Notes under the pieces: model-generated
The model's database searches: none
Told to the model about the DNA's origin: nothing
What the model saw: the letters and a program-made list of their open reading frames with translations, nothing else
Position numbers and translations under genes: made by a program
Origin: Porticoccaceae bacterium
Lineage (GTDB): Bacteria; Pseudomonadota; Gammaproteobacteria; Pseudomonadales; GM7GCV1
Assembly (NCBI GenBank): GCA_018662305.1
Contig: JABJGI010000148.1
Span: 1 to 62,711 of the forward strand
Length of the DNA: 62,711 bases
Direction: 5' to 3'
In this document: positions 32,196 to 43,571 of the stretch, one piece after another
How positions within the stretch are numbered: position 1 is the first letter of the stretch
Layout: each line of letters opens with the position of its first letter

Positions 32196-32942
32196 ATGAC
32201 TACCCTTTATGTAGATTCCGGTAATACCAACGTGAAATGGCGGATGGGTGAAGTGGAAGAGGTATTTACCTCGCCGTCGAACTCGCCAAAGCTATTTGAC
32301 TGGATACTAGGCAATAGAGCAAAGCTGGAATTTGTAGCAGTTAGCAGTGTTCAGACAGACAAGTGGAATCTTGAGTTGCAGCAATTCTGCCAACAACAGG
32401 AGTTAGAGCTCTGGTTCGCCAGCTCGCCGGCAGAGGCGCAGGGACTACAATCCGCCTATTCCTCTGCTGAACAACTCGGTGTGGACAGGTGGTTGGCGCT
32501 ATTGGCGCTTTGGTGCCGATTTAGAAATGGTTTTTTGTTAGTTGACTCTGGTACAGCGATCACCCTGGATGTGGTCGATAACCAAGGCCAGCATTTGGGC
32601 GGCTTTATCTTGCCGGGGCTGGCGTTGCAGAGGGCTACATTAATGCAGGCAAGTGAAAACCTTGCGGCCTTAGTTAAATCCACTCCAACTTATAGTTCCT
32701 CCCTTGGCAAAAATACAGCTGAGGCCATCGACCATGGAGTCATCGCCTCAACAGTAGCTCTGATTGAAAAACAATTACGGCTCACGGGTTGCCCTGAAGA
32801 GAGGCTAATATTCGCTGGAGGAGGAGCTGGCGCACTGCGAGACGAGGTGGGCGCAGGTATTCTTGTAGAGGGCTTAGTATTACAAGGTTTATCCCTCGCT
32901 TGGGATAGGCATCGGGCATTGGAGGAAAATAACGAATCATGA
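32196..32942 (+). CDS. coaX: type III pantothenate kinase
   Basis: 248 aa. LYVDSGNTNVKW, LGVDRW, LLVDSGTAITLD. Position just before the SPOR gene and the tRNA-tuf cluster. Confidence 0.85.
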   Translation: MTTLYVDSGNTNVKWRMGEVEEVFTSPSNSPKLFDWILGNRAKLEFVAVSSVQTDKWNLELQQFCQQQELELWFASSPAEAQGLQSAYSSAEQLGVDRWLALLALWCRFRNGFLLVDSGTAITLDVVDNQGQHLGGFILPGLALQRATLMQASENLAALVKSTPTYSSSLGKNTAEAIDHGVIASTVALIEKQLRLTGCPEERLIFAGGGAGALRDEVGAGILVEGLVLQGLSLAWDRHRALEENNES

Positions 32943-33712
32943 AGTGGATGGCGCTAATCTTGATTGTTGCCAATATGGCTGCCTTCTACCTTTTTCATGA
33001 CGATGATAGTCAGGAGGCTGTTAGCGATTTGCCGCGGCCTGTTGGCGCCGCTCGCCTAATATTGATTGATGAGCTGAATTTCACCGAGCGCGACGCATTG
33101 CGGATTCAGGAAGATGAGTCCCGACAAGTCAGCGCGCCAGCTCCTGATAGTTTTAACCTGCTTCGACAACCCTTGGTTGGAGAGGACGAGGTTGTTCAAG
33201 CGCAGCCCTTTGAGCCCGAACCTGAACCTGAACCAGAAATCGATCCAGCACTGGAAGGCCTCTGTGAAATTTTGCGCGCGGATCAAAATCAACTGAGCCG
33301 AATTGTTGAACGACTCGAAGCCGTCGATATGAATCCCTATATAGTGGAAGAGGTGGTTGAGAGCCCTGGTCCTATCATGGTGTATATCCAGCCTTTTGAT
33401 TCATACCGAGAAGCCTCACTAGAAATAAACGTGCTTCGCCGGGAGAACGTTGAGAGTTTTATTATCGCCGATGGCGAATTGCAAAACGGTATCTCTGTCG
33501 GAGTATTTGGAACCCAGGAAAATGCGCTTACCAGGGCCAACCAGATGCAAGCTCTTGGGTACCAGACTGGAGAGTATCAATACACCGTTGAAAACTCTGA
33601 ATATTTGGCCCATTTACCCCTTCAGGAATCGATAAATCTGTCAGCAAATTATTGGCTCGAACTGGAGTCAGATTTCCCTTCACTAAACCGCGAGCAAAAT
33701 TCCTGTTTTTAG
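32939..33712 (+). CDS. SPOR-domain protein
   Basis: 257 aa. N-terminal TM, (EP)n acidic linker, C-terminal SPOR-like VYIQPFDSYREA...ISVGVFGTQENA. ATGA overlap with coaX. Confidence 0.6.
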   Translation: MKWMALILIVANMAAFYLFHDDDSQEAVSDLPRPVGAARLILIDELNFTERDALRIQEDESRQVSAPAPDSFNLLRQPLVGEDEVVQAQPFEPEPEPEPEIDPALEGLCEILRADQNQLSRIVERLEAVDMNPYIVEEVVESPGPIMVYIQPFDSYREASLEINVLRRENVESFIIADGELQNGISVGVFGTQENALTRANQMQALGYQTGEYQYTVENSEYLAHLPLQESINLSANYWLELESDFPSLNREQNSCF

Positions 33713-33713
33713 G

Positions 33714-33742
33714 TTGCTTCGGCGCATAAGTTTCAATAGAAT
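33714..33742 (+). promoter_or_regulatory. sigma70-type promoter for the tRNA-tuf cluster
   Basis: TTGCTT, 17 nt, TAGAAT, followed by the GC-rich discriminator CCCGCCTCC. About 45 nt upstream of the first tRNA. Confidence 0.5.
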
Positions 33743-33789
33743 CCCGCCTCCACTGCGCCCAGCCAATTTGGTTGGGCTATTTGAGTAAA

Positions 33790-33865
33790 GCTGGTGTAGC
33801 TCAATTGGTAGAGCAGCTGACTTGTAATCAGCAGGTCGGGGGTTCGACTCCTCTCACCAGCTCCA
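33790..33865 (+). tRNA. tRNA-Thr (anticodon UGU)
   Basis: Cloverleaf read by eye: acceptor GCTGGTG/CACCAGC, anticodon loop CTTGTAA, GTTCGACT T-loop, encoded CCA. Confidence 0.9.
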
Positions 33866-33911
33866 TCAAATTTGGCCGAGTTGTCAGGTGGAGTTATAAG
33901 AATTTGAGTTT

Positions 33912-33995
33912 GGTGGGGTTCCCGAGCGGCCAAAGGGATCAGACTGTAAATCTGACGCGAAAGCTTCGGTGGTTCGAATCCACCCCCCACCACCA
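33912..33995 (+). tRNA. tRNA-Tyr (anticodon GUA)
   Basis: Acceptor GGTGGGG/CCCCACC, anticodon loop CTGTAAA, long variable arm, GTTCGAATC T-loop, CCA. Confidence 0.9.
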
Positions 33996-34095
33996 AGTTT
34001 TAGGTCGGGGAGAGAGAATCTTTCTTGAGACTGGGAAATGCTCTGGAAAGAGCAGGTGAGAACCGGAATTGGACTCGCCAATTGAGTTAGGTACG

Positions 34096-34169
34096 GCGGG
34101 TATAGTTCAGTGGTAGAACGTCAGCCTTCCAAGCTGAATATGCGGGTTCGATTCCCGCTACCCGCTCCA
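34096..34169 (+). tRNA. tRNA-Gly (anticodon UCC)
   Basis: Acceptor GCGGGTA/TACCCGC, anticodon loop CTTCCAA, GTTCGATTC, CCA. Confidence 0.9.
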
Positions 34170-34204
34170 ACCCTTCTTAGTGAAGAGTGAGCGGACAAGG
34201 GTTT

Positions 34205-34280
<76 letters not shown>

Positions 34281-34377
34281 AATTTTTGGGTAGTTATAGG
34301 TAGGTGGTTGATTTTCAGGTTTGGAATGAATCATCAAATTAAATTGCAATACAGGCTGACTTGAGGAGAAGCTAGAG

Positions 34378-35571
34378 ATGGCAAAAGAGAAGTTTGAGCG
34401 GAGTAAGCCGCACGTAAATGTGGGCACCATTGGTCACGTCGATCACGGTAAAACTACACTGACGGCTGCGCTAACACGCGTATGTGCAGAAGTATGGGGT
34501 GGTGATGCGGTTGCATTTGACGGTATCGATAACGCACCAGAAGAAAGAGAGCGTGGTATTACCATTGCGACTTCTCACGTGGAATATGAATCACCAACGC
34601 GTCACTACGCACACGTTGACTGTCCAGGACACGCCGATTATGTGAAAAACATGATTACTGGTGCTGCTCAGATGGACGGTGCGATTCTGGTTTGTTCTGC
34701 AGCTGACGGCCCCATGCCTCAGACGCGTGAGCACATCCTACTTTCTCGTCAGGTTGGTGTTCCATTCATCGTAGTATTCCTGAACAAAGCTGACATGGTT
34801 GACGACGAAGAGCTCCTAGAGTTGGTTGAAATGGAAGTTCGTGAACTTCTCGACCAGTACGAGTTCCCAGGTGACGATACTCCAATCATCACTGGTTCTG
34901 CTCTTATGGCGCTGAACGGTGAAGACGACAACGAAATGGGCACAACTGCGGTTAAGAAGCTTGTTGAAACTCTGGATGAATACATCCCAGAGCCTGAGCG
35001 TGCAGTTGATGGTGCGTTCCTTATGCCTATCGAAGACGTATTCTCTATCTCTGGTCGAGGAACTGTTGTAACAGGTCGTGTTGAGCGCGGTATCGTTACA
35101 GTGGGCGACGAAATGGAGATTATCGGAATTAAGGACACTGAAACTACCACTTGTACTGGTGTTGAAATGTTCCGCAAGCTGCTTGACGAAGGTCGTGCTG
35201 GTGAGAACGTTGGTGTTCTTCTGCGTGGTACCAAGCGTGAAGAAGTTGAGCGTGGTCAAGTTCTGGCTAAGCCAGGTTCTATTACGCCACACACCAAGTT
35301 TGAGGCCGAAGTTTATGTTCTGTCCAAAGACGAAGGTGGTCGTCACACTCCATTCTTTAAAGGCTATCGCCCACAATTCTACTTCCGTACTACGGACGTA
35401 ACTGGTGCGTGTGAGCTGCCTGATGGTGTTGAGATGGTAATGCCTGGTGACAATGTACAAATGACAGTTGATCTGCATGCTCCTATCGCGATGGAAGAAG
35501 GTCTTCGATTTGCGATTCGTGAAGGTGGTCGTACTGTTGGTGCAGGTGTTGTAGCCAAAATTATCGAGTAA
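34378..35571 (+). CDS. tuf: elongation factor Tu
   Basis: 397 aa. [24 protein letters not shown]. Unmistakable EF-Tu. Confidence 0.98.
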   Translation: MAKEKFERSKPHVNVGTIGHVDHGKTTLTAALTRVCAEVWGGDAVAFDGIDNAPEERERGITIATSHVEYESPTRHYAHVDCPGHADYVKNMITGAAQMDGAILVCSAADGPMPQTREHILLSRQVGVPFIVVFLNKADMVDDEELLELVEMEVRELLDQYEFPGDDTPIITGSALMALNGEDDNEMGTTAVKKLVETLDEYIPEPERAVDGAFLMPIEDVFSISGRGTVVTGRVERGIVTVGDEMEIIGIKDTETTTCTGVEMFRKLLDEGRAGENVGVLLRGTKREEVERGQVLAKPGSITPHTKFEAEVYVLSKDEGGRHTPFFKGYRPQFYFRTTDVTGACELPDGVEMVMPGDNVQMTVDLHAPIAMEEGLRFAIREGGRTVGAGVVAKIIE

Positions 35572-35588
35572 TAAGAAATACGACTAAA

Positions 35589-35620
35589 AGCCGGGGCGCA
35601 AAAGCGCTCCGGCTTTGTCC
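35589..35620 (+). terminator. hairpin after tuf (terminator/attenuator)
   Basis: 11-bp stem AGCCGGGGCGC / GCGCTCCGGCT (one G-U), AAAA loop, short T-run. Confidence 0.5.
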
Positions 35621-35640
35621 GTTTCTTTAAAAGAGGTTTT

Positions 35641-35716
35641 AGGCCAGTAGTTCAATTGGTAGAGCACCGGTCTCCAAAACCGGGTGTTGGGGGTTCGAGT
35701 CCCTCCTGGCCTGCCA
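35641..35716 (+). tRNA. tRNA-Trp (anticodon CCA)
   Basis: Acceptor AGGCCAG/CTGGCCT, anticodon stem-loop CCGGT-CTCCAAA-ACCGG, GTTCGAGTC, CCA. Confidence 0.9.
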
Positions 35717-35756
35717 AATAGACGCTGTCTCTTAGACAAGGTTTTAGATAGAAAGT

Positions 35757-36128
35757 ATGAGTACTGAAGAAGTTAAGCAAAAAAACGGTGCGCTGAATGT
35801 TGTGCTTTGGCTAGTAGTCTTAGTGCTGATAGCAGCGGTGCCGGTGATTAACTCGGTATATGCCGACGAATCGCTTCTTTATCGAGTGATGGGAGCCTTA
35901 GTTATAGCAATCATCGCCTGTGCTATTGCTGTGCAAACCTCTCAAGGGGCAGCTTTTTGGCACATTGCCAAAGGCGCTCGTACTGAGGTACGTCGCGTTG
36001 TTTGGCCCACTCAGGATGAGCGCAACAAAGCCACTCTTATGGTTGTTGCTGTGGTTGCCTTTATGGCAGTAGTTTTGTGGGGTTTAGACGCGATATTTGG
36101 CGCCTTGGCTCAGTGGTTGCTTGGATAG
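35757..36128 (+). CDS. secE: preprotein translocase subunit SecE
   Basis: 123 aa, three TM segments. ARTEVRRVVWPTQDE motif. Position between tRNA-Trp and nusG. Confidence 0.9.
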   Translation: MSTEEVKQKNGALNVVLWLVVLVLIAAVPVINSVYADESLLYRVMGALVIAIIACAIAVQTSQGAAFWHIAKGARTEVRRVVWPTQDERNKATLMVVAVVAFMAVVLWGLDAIFGALAQWLLG

Positions 36129-36665
36129 GTGACGAATTTGCGTTGGTACGTAGTACATGCCTTTTCAGGCTATGAAAAAAAAGTTGTAGGTTCCCTCCGT
36201 GAGCGAATTGAGCTGTTGGGGATGGAAGACAAATTCGGTGAGATCCTAGTTCCCACTGAAGAAGTCGTAGAAATGAAAGATGGTCAGAAGCGCAAGAGTG
36301 AGCGCAAGTTTTTCCCTGGCTATGTGTTGGTGCAGATGGAACTCGATGACGATTCATGGCACCTAGTTAAAGAAACACCTCGTGTTATGGGCTTTATTGG
36401 TGGCAAGGCAGACAAGCCGGCACCTATTACTCAGCGCGAAGCAGATTTGATTTTGCAAAGGGTGCAGGACTCTGGTGAAGCGCCACGTCCAAAAACGGTA
36501 TACGAGCCTGGAGAAATGGTTCGCGTTACCGATGGGCCCTTTAACGACTTCAACGGTGTTGTTGAAGAAGTTAACTACGAGAAGAGCAAGCTGCGTGTTG
36601 CAGTAACAATTTTCGGTCGATCTACTCCGGTGGATCTCGAATTTACTCAGGTCGAAAAAGCCTGA
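36129..36665 (+). CDS. nusG: transcription termination/antitermination factor NusG
   Basis: 178 aa, GTG start. [18 protein letters not shown] motif [21 protein letters not shown]. Confidence 0.95.
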   Translation: MTNLRWYVVHAFSGYEKKVVGSLRERIELLGMEDKFGEILVPTEEVVEMKDGQKRKSERKFFPGYVLVQMELDDDSWHLVKETPRVMGFIGGKADKPAPITQREADLILQRVQDSGEAPRPKTVYEPGEMVRVTDGPFNDFNGVVEEVNYEKSKLRVAVTIFGRSTPVDLEFTQVEKA

Positions 36666-36761
36666 TTAAAAAAATGTCTTTCACAATGGTGTGAAAGGCG
36701 GGGAGCCTAAGACGGGTGGAGACACCTTGAGGCGATAACACCCAATTTGGAGAAAGCTAAA

Positions 36762-37193
36762 ATGGCGAAGAAAGTAGAAGCCTACATCAAGCTGCAGGTG
36801 CCAGCTGGTCAGGCAAACCCAAGCCCCCCTGTTGGACCAGCTCTTGGTCAACACGGCGTTAATATTATGGAATTCTGTAAGGCCTTCAATGCTCAAACTC
36901 AGGGCACTGAACCTGGTCTTCCTGTTCCAGTAGTAATCACTGTTTATGCAGATCGCAGCTTCACCTTTGTGATGAAGACGCCGCCGGCAGCTATTTTGTT
37001 GCTAAAAGCGGCAGGCATTAAGTCTGGAAGCGGCCGACCTAACACTGAGAAAGTGGGCAAGGTTAATCGAGGTCAACTCGAAGAGATTGCTAAAACTAAA
37101 GAACCTGATTTGACGGCTGCAGATATGGACGCAGCGGTAAGAACAATTGCCGGTACTGCTCGCAGTATGGGTCTTGACGTGGAGGGTGTCTAA
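36762..37193 (+). CDS. rplK: 50S ribosomal protein L11
   Basis: Start moved to [43 protein letters not shown]. Confidence 0.97.
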   Translation: MAKKVEAYIKLQVPAGQANPSPPVGPALGQHGVNIMEFCKAFNAQTQGTEPGLPVPVVITVYADRSFTFVMKTPPAAILLLKAAGIKSGSGRPNTEKVGKVNRGQLEEIAKTKEPDLTAADMDAAVRTIAGTARSMGLDVEGV

Positions 37194-37194
37194 G

Positions 37195-37893
37195 ATGGCT
37201 AAAGCATCAAAACGCGTTCGTGCGTTCCAAGAAAAAGTAGAAACGGGTAAGCCATATCCATTTGATGAAGCGGTTTCCCTATTAAAAGAATTCGCTTCTA
37301 AAAACTTCAGCGAAACCGTTGAAGCGGCGATCAAGCTAGGTATTGATGCTCGTAAATCAGACCAGGCTGTTCGAGGTGCAACTACTCTCCCTTCAGGCAG
37401 CGGTAAGTCTGTTCGTGTTGCTGTCTTTGCCCAAGGCGAGAATGCGGAAGCTGCAAAAGCAGCTGGTGCGGACGAAGTGGGTATGGATGACCTGGCCGAG
37501 AAAATGAAAGGCGGTGACCTGGATTTCGGCGTGGTAATTGCCACTCCAGACGCAATGCGCGTTGTTGGTGCTCTGGGTCAGGTTCTGGGTCCACGTGGAC
37601 TTATGCCAAACCCAAAAACCGGCACAGTTACGCCAACGCCAGCGGTTGCAGTTGAAAACGCGAAAGCGGGTCAGGTGCGTTATCGAACCGATAAGAACGG
37701 CATCATTCACGGCGGCATCGGCAAAGTTGATTTTGAAGGTCCAGCGCTAAAAGCGAATCTTGAAGCGCTTGTTGCTGATCTCAGAAAACTTAAGCCTGCT
37801 GCTGCAAAAGGCGTATATCTTCAGAAAATCGTGCTCTCGACCACTATGGGCCCGGGCGTGACTCTGGATAGCACAACAATCGAGGCTGATTAG
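37195..37893 (+). CDS. rplA: 50S ribosomal protein L1
   Basis: Start moved to [11 protein letters not shown], 1 nt after the rplK stop. Typical L1 sequence throughout. Confidence 0.97.
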   Translation: MAKASKRVRAFQEKVETGKPYPFDEAVSLLKEFASKNFSETVEAAIKLGIDARKSDQAVRGATTLPSGSGKSVRVAVFAQGENAEAAKAAGADEVGMDDLAEKMKGGDLDFGVVIATPDAMRVVGALGQVLGPRGLMPNPKTGTVTPTPAVAVENAKAGQVRYRTDKNGIIHGGIGKVDFEGPALKANLEALVADLRKLKPAAAKGVYLQKIVLSTTMGPGVTLDSTTIEAD

Positions 37894-38111
37894 CCCGATA
37901 AAAAATTTGGGGGTCTGCTTTTTCTCTTTAATTAGGGGCAGAGCAGGCTGTCAAAGACCGCAGGAGCTGAGAGTGTTGAACTCAAGGCTTAATAAGCAAT
38001 ACATCCTGCGCAGATGGTGAACCCCAGCGAAATTTGCTGGTTACTTCACTGATTAGGTGGGTATTCGAATTTTGAATGCCTTAACAGTAACCAATTCCAG
38101 GAGTAGCACAA
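37894..38111 (+). promoter_or_regulatory. rplJ 5' leader region (expected L10/L12 autoregulatory leader and internal promoter)
   Basis: 218-nt untranslated gap between rplA and rplJ. In Gammaproteobacteria this position carries the L10 leader. The structure was not verified here. Confidence 0.35.
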
Positions 38112-38639
38112 GTGGCACTTGGATTTGAAGACAAGAAAACGATTGTCGCTGACGTAAGCGAGACTGCTTCCAATGCGCTGTCATTAGTCGTTGCTGACGC
38201 CCGTGGGGTGGAAGTAGGGGATATGACAGAGCTGCGTAAGAAAGCTCGTGAGAATCAGATTGTTCTGCGTGTAGTCAAAAATACTTTGGCAAAGCGTGCA
38301 TTTAAGGACACTGATTTTGAGTGTGTAGACGACGTGCTGAAAGGCCCATCAATATTTGGCTTTTCTATGGAAGACCCAGGTGCAGCCGCAAGGTTGTTCA
38401 AGGCGTTTGCCAAAGAAAATGACAATTTTGAAGTTAAGGCTTTATCAGTTGGTGGAGAGCTTCTCGACAAAGGTCAGATTGACGTATTGGCAACCTTGCC
38501 GACGCGTGATCAGGCACTTGCGATGCTCGCCGGCGTCATGCTTGCACCCGTCACTAAGATGGTTCGTACCTTCAATGATGTACCCGGACGTGTTGTCCGC
38601 GTAACTGATCAGGTGCGTGTCCAGAAAGACGCGGCTTAA
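38112..38639 (+). CDS. rplJ: 50S ribosomal protein L10
   Basis: 175 aa, GTG start after AGGAG. Typical L10 sequence. Confidence 0.95.
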   Translation: MALGFEDKKTIVADVSETASNALSLVVADARGVEVGDMTELRKKARENQIVLRVVKNTLAKRAFKDTDFECVDDVLKGPSIFGFSMEDPGAAARLFKAFAKENDNFEVKALSVGGELLDKGQIDVLATLPTRDQALAMLAGVMLAPVTKMVRTFNDVPGRVVRVTDQVRVQKDAA

Positions 38640-38692
38640 ATTAATCGACTGTTTATTTATAAACATAGCAAAAATTATTTGGAGTTATAAAA

Positions 38693-39076
38693 ATGGCACT
38701 TTCAAAAGACGAAATCCTCGACGCTATTGCCGAAATGAGTGTAATGGACGTTGTTGAGCTTGTTAGCGCAATGGAAGAAAAGTTTGGTGTATCTGCACAA
38801 GCTGCTGCGGCAGTAGTTGCAGCTCCTGCTGCTGGCGGTGACGCTGGTGGTGCGGCTGAAGAGCAGACTGAATTTGACATCGTTCTGACCGCTGCTGGCG
38901 AGAAGAAAGTTAACGCTATTAAGGCAGTTCGCACTATTACAGGTCTTGGCCTGAAAGAAGCGAAAGAGCTTGTTGACGGCGCACCTTCTACTCTTAAAGA
39001 AGGCGTAGCGAAGGAAGAAGCTGAAGAAGCCAAGAAGGCACTTGAAGAAGCTGGCGCATCTGTAGAGCTGAAGTAA
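38693..39076 (+). CDS. rplL: 50S ribosomal protein L7/L12
   Basis: 127 aa. Ala-rich hinge. [27 protein letters not shown]. Confidence 0.97.
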   Translation: MALSKDEILDAIAEMSVMDVVELVSAMEEKFGVSAQAAAAVVAAPAAGGDAGGAAEEQTEFDIVLTAAGEKKVNAIKAVRTITGLGLKEAKELVDGAPSTLKEGVAKEEAEEAKKALEEAGASVELK

Positions 39077-39110
39077 TTCAGCTCTTGATAAGCCTAGTTG
39101 CTTGAATACC

Positions 39111-39138
39111 AAGGCTGGCGGATTTATCCGTCGGCCTT
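39111..39138 (+). terminator. rplL-rpoB intergenic hairpin (attenuator position)
   Basis: 11-bp stem AAGGCTGGCGG / CCGTCGGCCTT (two G-U), 6-nt loop. A partial terminator is known at this position in enterobacteria. Confidence 0.45.
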
Positions 39139-39286
39139 GTGTTGCTTCTGAGAAAGCATAAGTAACTGAATTTGTAGAATTTCTGCGGCTGGCCCATTTG
39201 CTGGGGCGGTCGATTCAACTCTTGGACTGCGGGTTGAATAGAGTATGCAGGCAGTCCACCTACTGAAAGCTAGGGAGCTGAAACTG

Positions 39287-42200
39287 ATGGCGTTTTCTTA
39301 TACCGAAAAACAGCGAATTCGTAAGACCTTTGGCACATTGCCGAAAGTGATGGAGCAGCCTTATCTGCTCGCGATTCAGCTGGATTCGTACCGCGAATTT
39401 ACTCAAGCCGATACCCCCGCTGAAGAGCGTGAGGACAGAGGCTTGCACGCAGCCTTCCAATCCATTTTTCCGATTATCGCCAACTCTGGTAATGCGGCAC
39501 TTGAATACGTCGATTACCAACTAGGCAAACCTGCCTTTGATGTAAGCGAATGTATTTTGCGTGGCGTCACATACTCTGTGCCATTGCGAGTTCGTGTTCG
39601 TCTGGTAATTTACGATCGCGAAACTTCTTCCAGGTCTGTTAAAGACATTAAAGAGCAAGAAGTTTATATGGGCGAAATTCCGCTCATGACCGAAAACGGT
39701 ACCTTTGTTATTAATGGTACCGAGCGCGTTATTGTTTCTCAGCTACACCGTTCGCCTGGTGTGTTCTTCGATCACGATAAAGGCAAGACACACTCATCAG
39801 GTAAGCTGCTTTATTCAGCGCGGGTTATTCCCTACCGTGGTTCATGGTTGGATTTTGAATTTGATCCAAAAGATCAGGTTTTTGTTCGTATTGACCGTCG
39901 TCGAAAATTGCACGCCACTATCTTGTTGCGTGCGCTTGGGTATACCTCAGAAGAAATTCTGGCGATGTTCTTTGAGACCACATCATTTAAGTACCAGAAA
40001 GATGCTTATTTGATGGAGCTTGAGCCTAGCCGTCTGCGCGGCGAGATCGCTCAATTTGATATCAAGGGTGCTCGTGGCAAGGTGCTTGTCGAGCAAGGCC
40101 GTCGTATCACCGGTCGTCACATACGCGACCTGGAAAAGGCTGAAATCAATCAGCTCGAAGTTCCTGAGGAATACCTCTGGGGTAAGGCTCTAGCCAGGGA
40201 TCTTATCGATCCAGAGACTGGAGAGCTTTTACACGAGTGTAATACCGAGCTGACAACCGAGGTTCTGGAATCTCTGGTTGAAGCGAATATCAGCGAATTT
40301 GATGTTCTCTATACCAACGATCTAGACGCAGGTCCTTTCGTATCTGAAACTCTGCGAAACGATCCTACCCGTACTCAGCTTGAAGCGCAGGTAGAAATCT
40401 ACCGCATGATGCGCCCAGGCGAGCCACCAACTAAAGATTCTGCGGAAGGCTTATTCCACAATCTTTTCTTCAGTGGAGAGCGTTATAACCTGTCCGCTGT
40501 TGGGCGAATGAAGTTTAACCGCCGTCTCAACATTGAGACTGACACTGGTTCTGGTGTCCTCGTTGATGGCCGTTACTTTGGCATCAAATACGCCGACAAA
40601 AAGCCAGAAAACAAGATCGATGTCTCCAATCTGCCCGACGAGATTCAGAAGCTTGTGGCATCTGTTGGTGCCGAGCCAAAAACACACGGCGAGCTGCGCG
40701 AAGTATTCGAAGCAATGCGCTCTGACATCGTTAACGTGATGGAAACATTGATTGATATCCGTAACGGTAAAGGCATGGTCGACGATATCGATCACCTGGG
40801 TAACCGCCGTATTCGCTCTGTTGGTGAAATGGCTGAAAACCAATTCCGTGTTGGCCTAGTTCGCGTAGAACGTGCCGTACGTGAAAGACTATCTGTTGCG
40901 GAAAGCGAAGGCTTGATGCCACAAGATCTTATCAACGCTAAGCCAGTTGCCGCAGCGGTTAAAGAGTTCTTTGGTTCTTCTCAGTTGTCGCAATTTATGG
41001 ATCAAAACAACCCACTTTCCGAAGTGACGCACAAACGCCGTGTTTCGGCTCTTGGGCCAGGTGGTTTGACCCGTGAGCGAGCTGGCTTTGAGGTTCGAGA
41101 TGTGCATCCAACGCATTACGGTCGAGTTTGCCCAATTGAGACTCCGGAAGGCCCAAATATCGGTCTGATTAACTCTCTGGCAACCTATGCTCGAACCAAC
41201 AACTACGGCTTCCTCGAAGCGCCATATCGTAAAGTTGTTAACGGTAAGGCCACTGATGAAATCGAATTCCTGTCTGCCATTAACGAAGCCCAATTTGTAG
41301 TTGCACAGGCTTCAGCCGGACTGGACAAAAACAACAAGCTAACGGATGAGTTGGTTGCGGTGCGTCACCTCAACGAATTTACCGTTAAGCCACCAGAAGA
41401 AGTTCAATATATGGATGTATCACCTCGTCAGGTGGTGTCCGTTGCAGCTTCTTTGATTCCATTCCTTGAGCACGATGATGCTAACCGCGCCTTGATGGGC
41501 TCGAATATGCAACGTCAGGCAGTGCCTGCATTACGTGCAGACAAGCCTCTGGTGGGGACTGGTATCGAGCGCGATGTAGCCAAAGACTCCGGTGTTTGTG
41601 TGGTTGCGCGACGCGGTGGCGTGATCGACAGCGTTGATGCTGCTCGAATTGTGATACGTGTTGATGAAAAAGAGATCGAGCCAGGCGAAGCCGGTATTGA
41701 TATCTACAACCTGACCAAATACACCCGTTCTAACCAGAATACCTGTATTAACCAGACGCCTATCGTTAAGCGTGGCGCCAAAGTAGCCAAGGGCGACATT
41801 GTTGCTGACGGCCCTTCCGTTGATATTGGTGAACTGGCTCTCGGGCAGAATATGCGCATCGCATTTATGCCTTGGAACGGTTACAACTTTGAGGATTCCA
41901 TCCTTGTCAGCGAGCGTGTTGTTGAAGAAGATCGCTTCACCAGCATCCATATTCAGGAACTTACCTGTGTGGCTCGGGATACCAAGTTGGGGCCAGAGGA
42001 AATTACAGCAGATATCCCCAATGTGGGTGAAGCTGCGCTTGGCAAACTGGACGAGTCCGGCATTGTTTACGTAGGTGCTGAAGTGAACGCCGGCGATATT
42101 CTGGTGGGCAAGGTAACACCTAAGGGTGAGACCCAGCTGACTCCGGAAGAAAAACTGCTGAGAGCAATCTTTGGTGAAAAAGCCTCTGACGTGAAAGACA

Positions 42201-43519
42201 CTTCATTGCGTGTGCCTGGAAGTACTAAGGGTACCGTTATTGATGTTCAGGTCTTCACTCGTGATGGCTTGCCAAAAGACGATCGCGCCAAGTCGATCGA
42301 AAAAGCTGAGCTTGAGAAGGTTCGTAAAGACCTGCGCACAGAGGAATCTATCTTCGAAGGCGCGGTTAAGACTCGATTGGTTAAAGCCTTGGTTGGCAGC
42401 AAAGTCACTAAAGCCCCAGGCCTGAAAAAAGGCGCCAAGCTTGAGCTGGACGGTGCAACTCAATACAGCATGGAAGACTGGAGCAAGGTCCGTATGGAAA
42501 CGGCGGATCAGAACGAAGTTCTTGATCGTGCTTTGGGTTATCTGGAAGAGCGTAAAGCTGAGCTGGAAGCTCGCTACGAAGACAAGCGTGGCAAGCTGGA
42601 ATCAGGCGATGACCTGGCTCCTGGTGTGCTGAAAATCGTCAAGGTTTATATGGCCATTAAGCGTCGTATTCAGCCAGGCGACAAGATGGCGGGTCGTCAC
42701 GGAAACAAAGGTGTTATCTCGGTAATTAAGCCGGTTGAAGATATGCCTTATGACGAACATGGCGTGCCGGTAGATATCGTTCTCAACCCACTGGGTGTGC
42801 CTTCGCGGATGAACGTTGGTCAAATTCTAGAAACCCATCTCGGCTTAGCAGCTAAGGGACTGGGCGAAAAGATCGACCAAATGTTGGTAGAACAAAAAGC
42901 TGCCGGTGATCTGCGTAAGTTCCTAGAGAAAATTTACAACCTCGGAAATGGCTCTATCCAAACTTCGCTGAAAGATTTCAGTGATAAGGATGTGTTTAAC
43001 CTGGCCAATAATTTGCGCGGTGGTGTACCGATGGCGACACCGGTATTTGATGGCGCGGACGAAGCCGAAATTAAAGGTCTATTGGAGCTTGCAGGGCAAC
43101 CTACGAGCGGCCAAGTCACTTTATATGATGGGCGCACAGGCGATGCCTTTGATCGACCCGTCACCGTTGGCTACATGTATATGCTCAAACTCAACCACCT
43201 TGTGGATGACAAGATGCATGCACGTTCCACTGGCTCCTACAGCTTGGTTACTCAGCAACCGCTGGGTGGTAAGGCTCAGTTTGGTGGTCAGCGCTTTGGT
43301 GAGATGGAGGTCTGGGCACTGGAAGCTTATGGCGCCGCTCATACATTGCAGGAAATGCTTACGGTCAAATCCGATGACGTTAATGGTCGTACTAAGATGT
43401 ATAAAAACATCGTTGACGGTGACCACAGAATGGAGCCCGGCATGCCGGAATCCTTCAACGTACTGGTACGAGAGATCAGATCTCTGGGTATCAACATCGA
43501 ATTGGAAGAAGATAATTAA
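39287..43519 (+). CDS. rpoB: DNA-directed RNA polymerase beta subunit
   Basis: Start moved to [16 protein letters not shown] (AGGGAG upstream). Rif-region [23 protein letters not shown]. Conserved throughout. Confidence 0.98.
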   Translation: MAFSYTEKQRIRKTFGTLPKVMEQPYLLAIQLDSYREFTQADTPAEEREDRGLHAAFQSIFPIIANSGNAALEYVDYQLGKPAFDVSECILRGVTYSVPLRVRVRLVIYDRETSSRSVKDIKEQEVYMGEIPLMTENGTFVINGTERVIVSQLHRSPGVFFDHDKGKTHSSGKLLYSARVIPYRGSWLDFEFDPKDQVFVRIDRRRKLHATILLRALGYTSEEILAMFFETTSFKYQKDAYLMELEPSRLRGEIAQFDIKGARGKVLVEQGRRITGRHIRDLEKAEINQLEVPEEYLWGKALARDLIDPETGELLHECNTELTTEVLESLVEANISEFDVLYTNDLDAGPFVSETLRNDPTRTQLEAQVEIYRMMRPGEPPTKDSAEGLFHNLFFSGERYNLSAVGRMKFNRRLNIETDTGSGVLVDGRYFGIKYADKKPENKIDVSNLPDEIQKLVASVGAEPKTHGELREVFEAMRSDIVNVMETLIDIRNGKGMVDDIDHLGNRRIRSVGEMAENQFRVGLVRVERAVRERLSVAESEGLMPQDLINAKPVAAAVKEFFGSSQLSQFMDQNNPLSEVTHKRRVSALGPGGLTRERAGFEVRDVHPTHYGRVCPIETPEGPNIGLINSLATYARTNNYGFLEAPYRKVVNGKATDEIEFLSAINEAQFVVAQASAGLDKNNKLTDELVAVRHLNEFTVKPPEEVQYMDVSPRQVVSVAASLIPFLEHDDANRALMGSNMQRQAVPALRADKPLVGTGIERDVAKDSGVCVVARRGGVIDSVDAARIVIRVDEKEIEPGEAGIDIYNLTKYTRSNQNTCINQTPIVKRGAKVAKGDIVADGPSVDIGELALGQNMRIAFMPWNGYNFEDSILVSERVVEEDRFTSIHIQELTCVARDTKLGPEEITADIPNVGEAALGKLDESGIVYVGAEVNAGDILVGKVTPKGETQLTPEEKLLRAIFGEKASDVKDTSLRVPGSTKGTVIDVQVFTRDGLPKDDRAKSIEKAELEKVRKDLRTEESIFEGAVKTRLVKALVGSKVTKAPGLKKGAKLELDGATQYSMEDWSKVRMETADQNEVLDRALGYLEERKAELEARYEDKRGKLESGDDLAPGVLKIVKVYMAIKRRIQPGDKMAGRHGNKGVISVIKPVEDMPYDEHGVPVDIVLNPLGVPSRMNVGQILETHLGLAAKGLGEKIDQMLVEQKAAGDLRKFLEKIYNLGNGSIQTSLKDFSDKDVFNLANNLRGGVPMATPVFDGADEAEIKGLLELAGQPTSGQVTLYDGRTGDAFDRPVTVGYMYMLKLNHLVDDKMHARSTGSYSLVTQQPLGGKAQFGGQRFGEMEVWALEAYGAAHTLQEMLTVKSDDVNGRTKMYKNIVDGDHRMEPGMPESFNVLVREIRSLGINIELEEDN

Positions 43520-43571
43520 AACAGTAAGTGATACGCCCCTTACTGTTTAACTCTCTATTGGAGGAAAGGCC

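Noticed and set aside
33180-33240. The (GAACCT/GAGCCC)n-like stretch encoding EPEPEPEPE in the SPOR protein as a DNA repeat element.
   Set aside because: This is a short acidic low-complexity linker within a coding region, which is common in SPOR and cell-division proteins.
33733-34081. Three ORFs of 65-95 aa covering the tRNA cluster.
   Set aside because: The sequence folds into four canonical tRNAs, so the ORFs are artefacts.
34749-35478. Long antisense and alternative-frame ORFs inside tuf. Similar ones occur inside rplA/rplL (37002-37544, 38653-39112), rpoB (for example 40451-40843, 41531-41950, 42981-43550), rpoC (43491-43910, 45465-45902), fusA (49440-49784, 50476-50871) and most accessory genes.
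   Set aside because: They overlap strongly supported genes, lack ribosome-binding sites and have odd compositions (Ser/Arg/Thr-rich). These are typical shadow ORFs.
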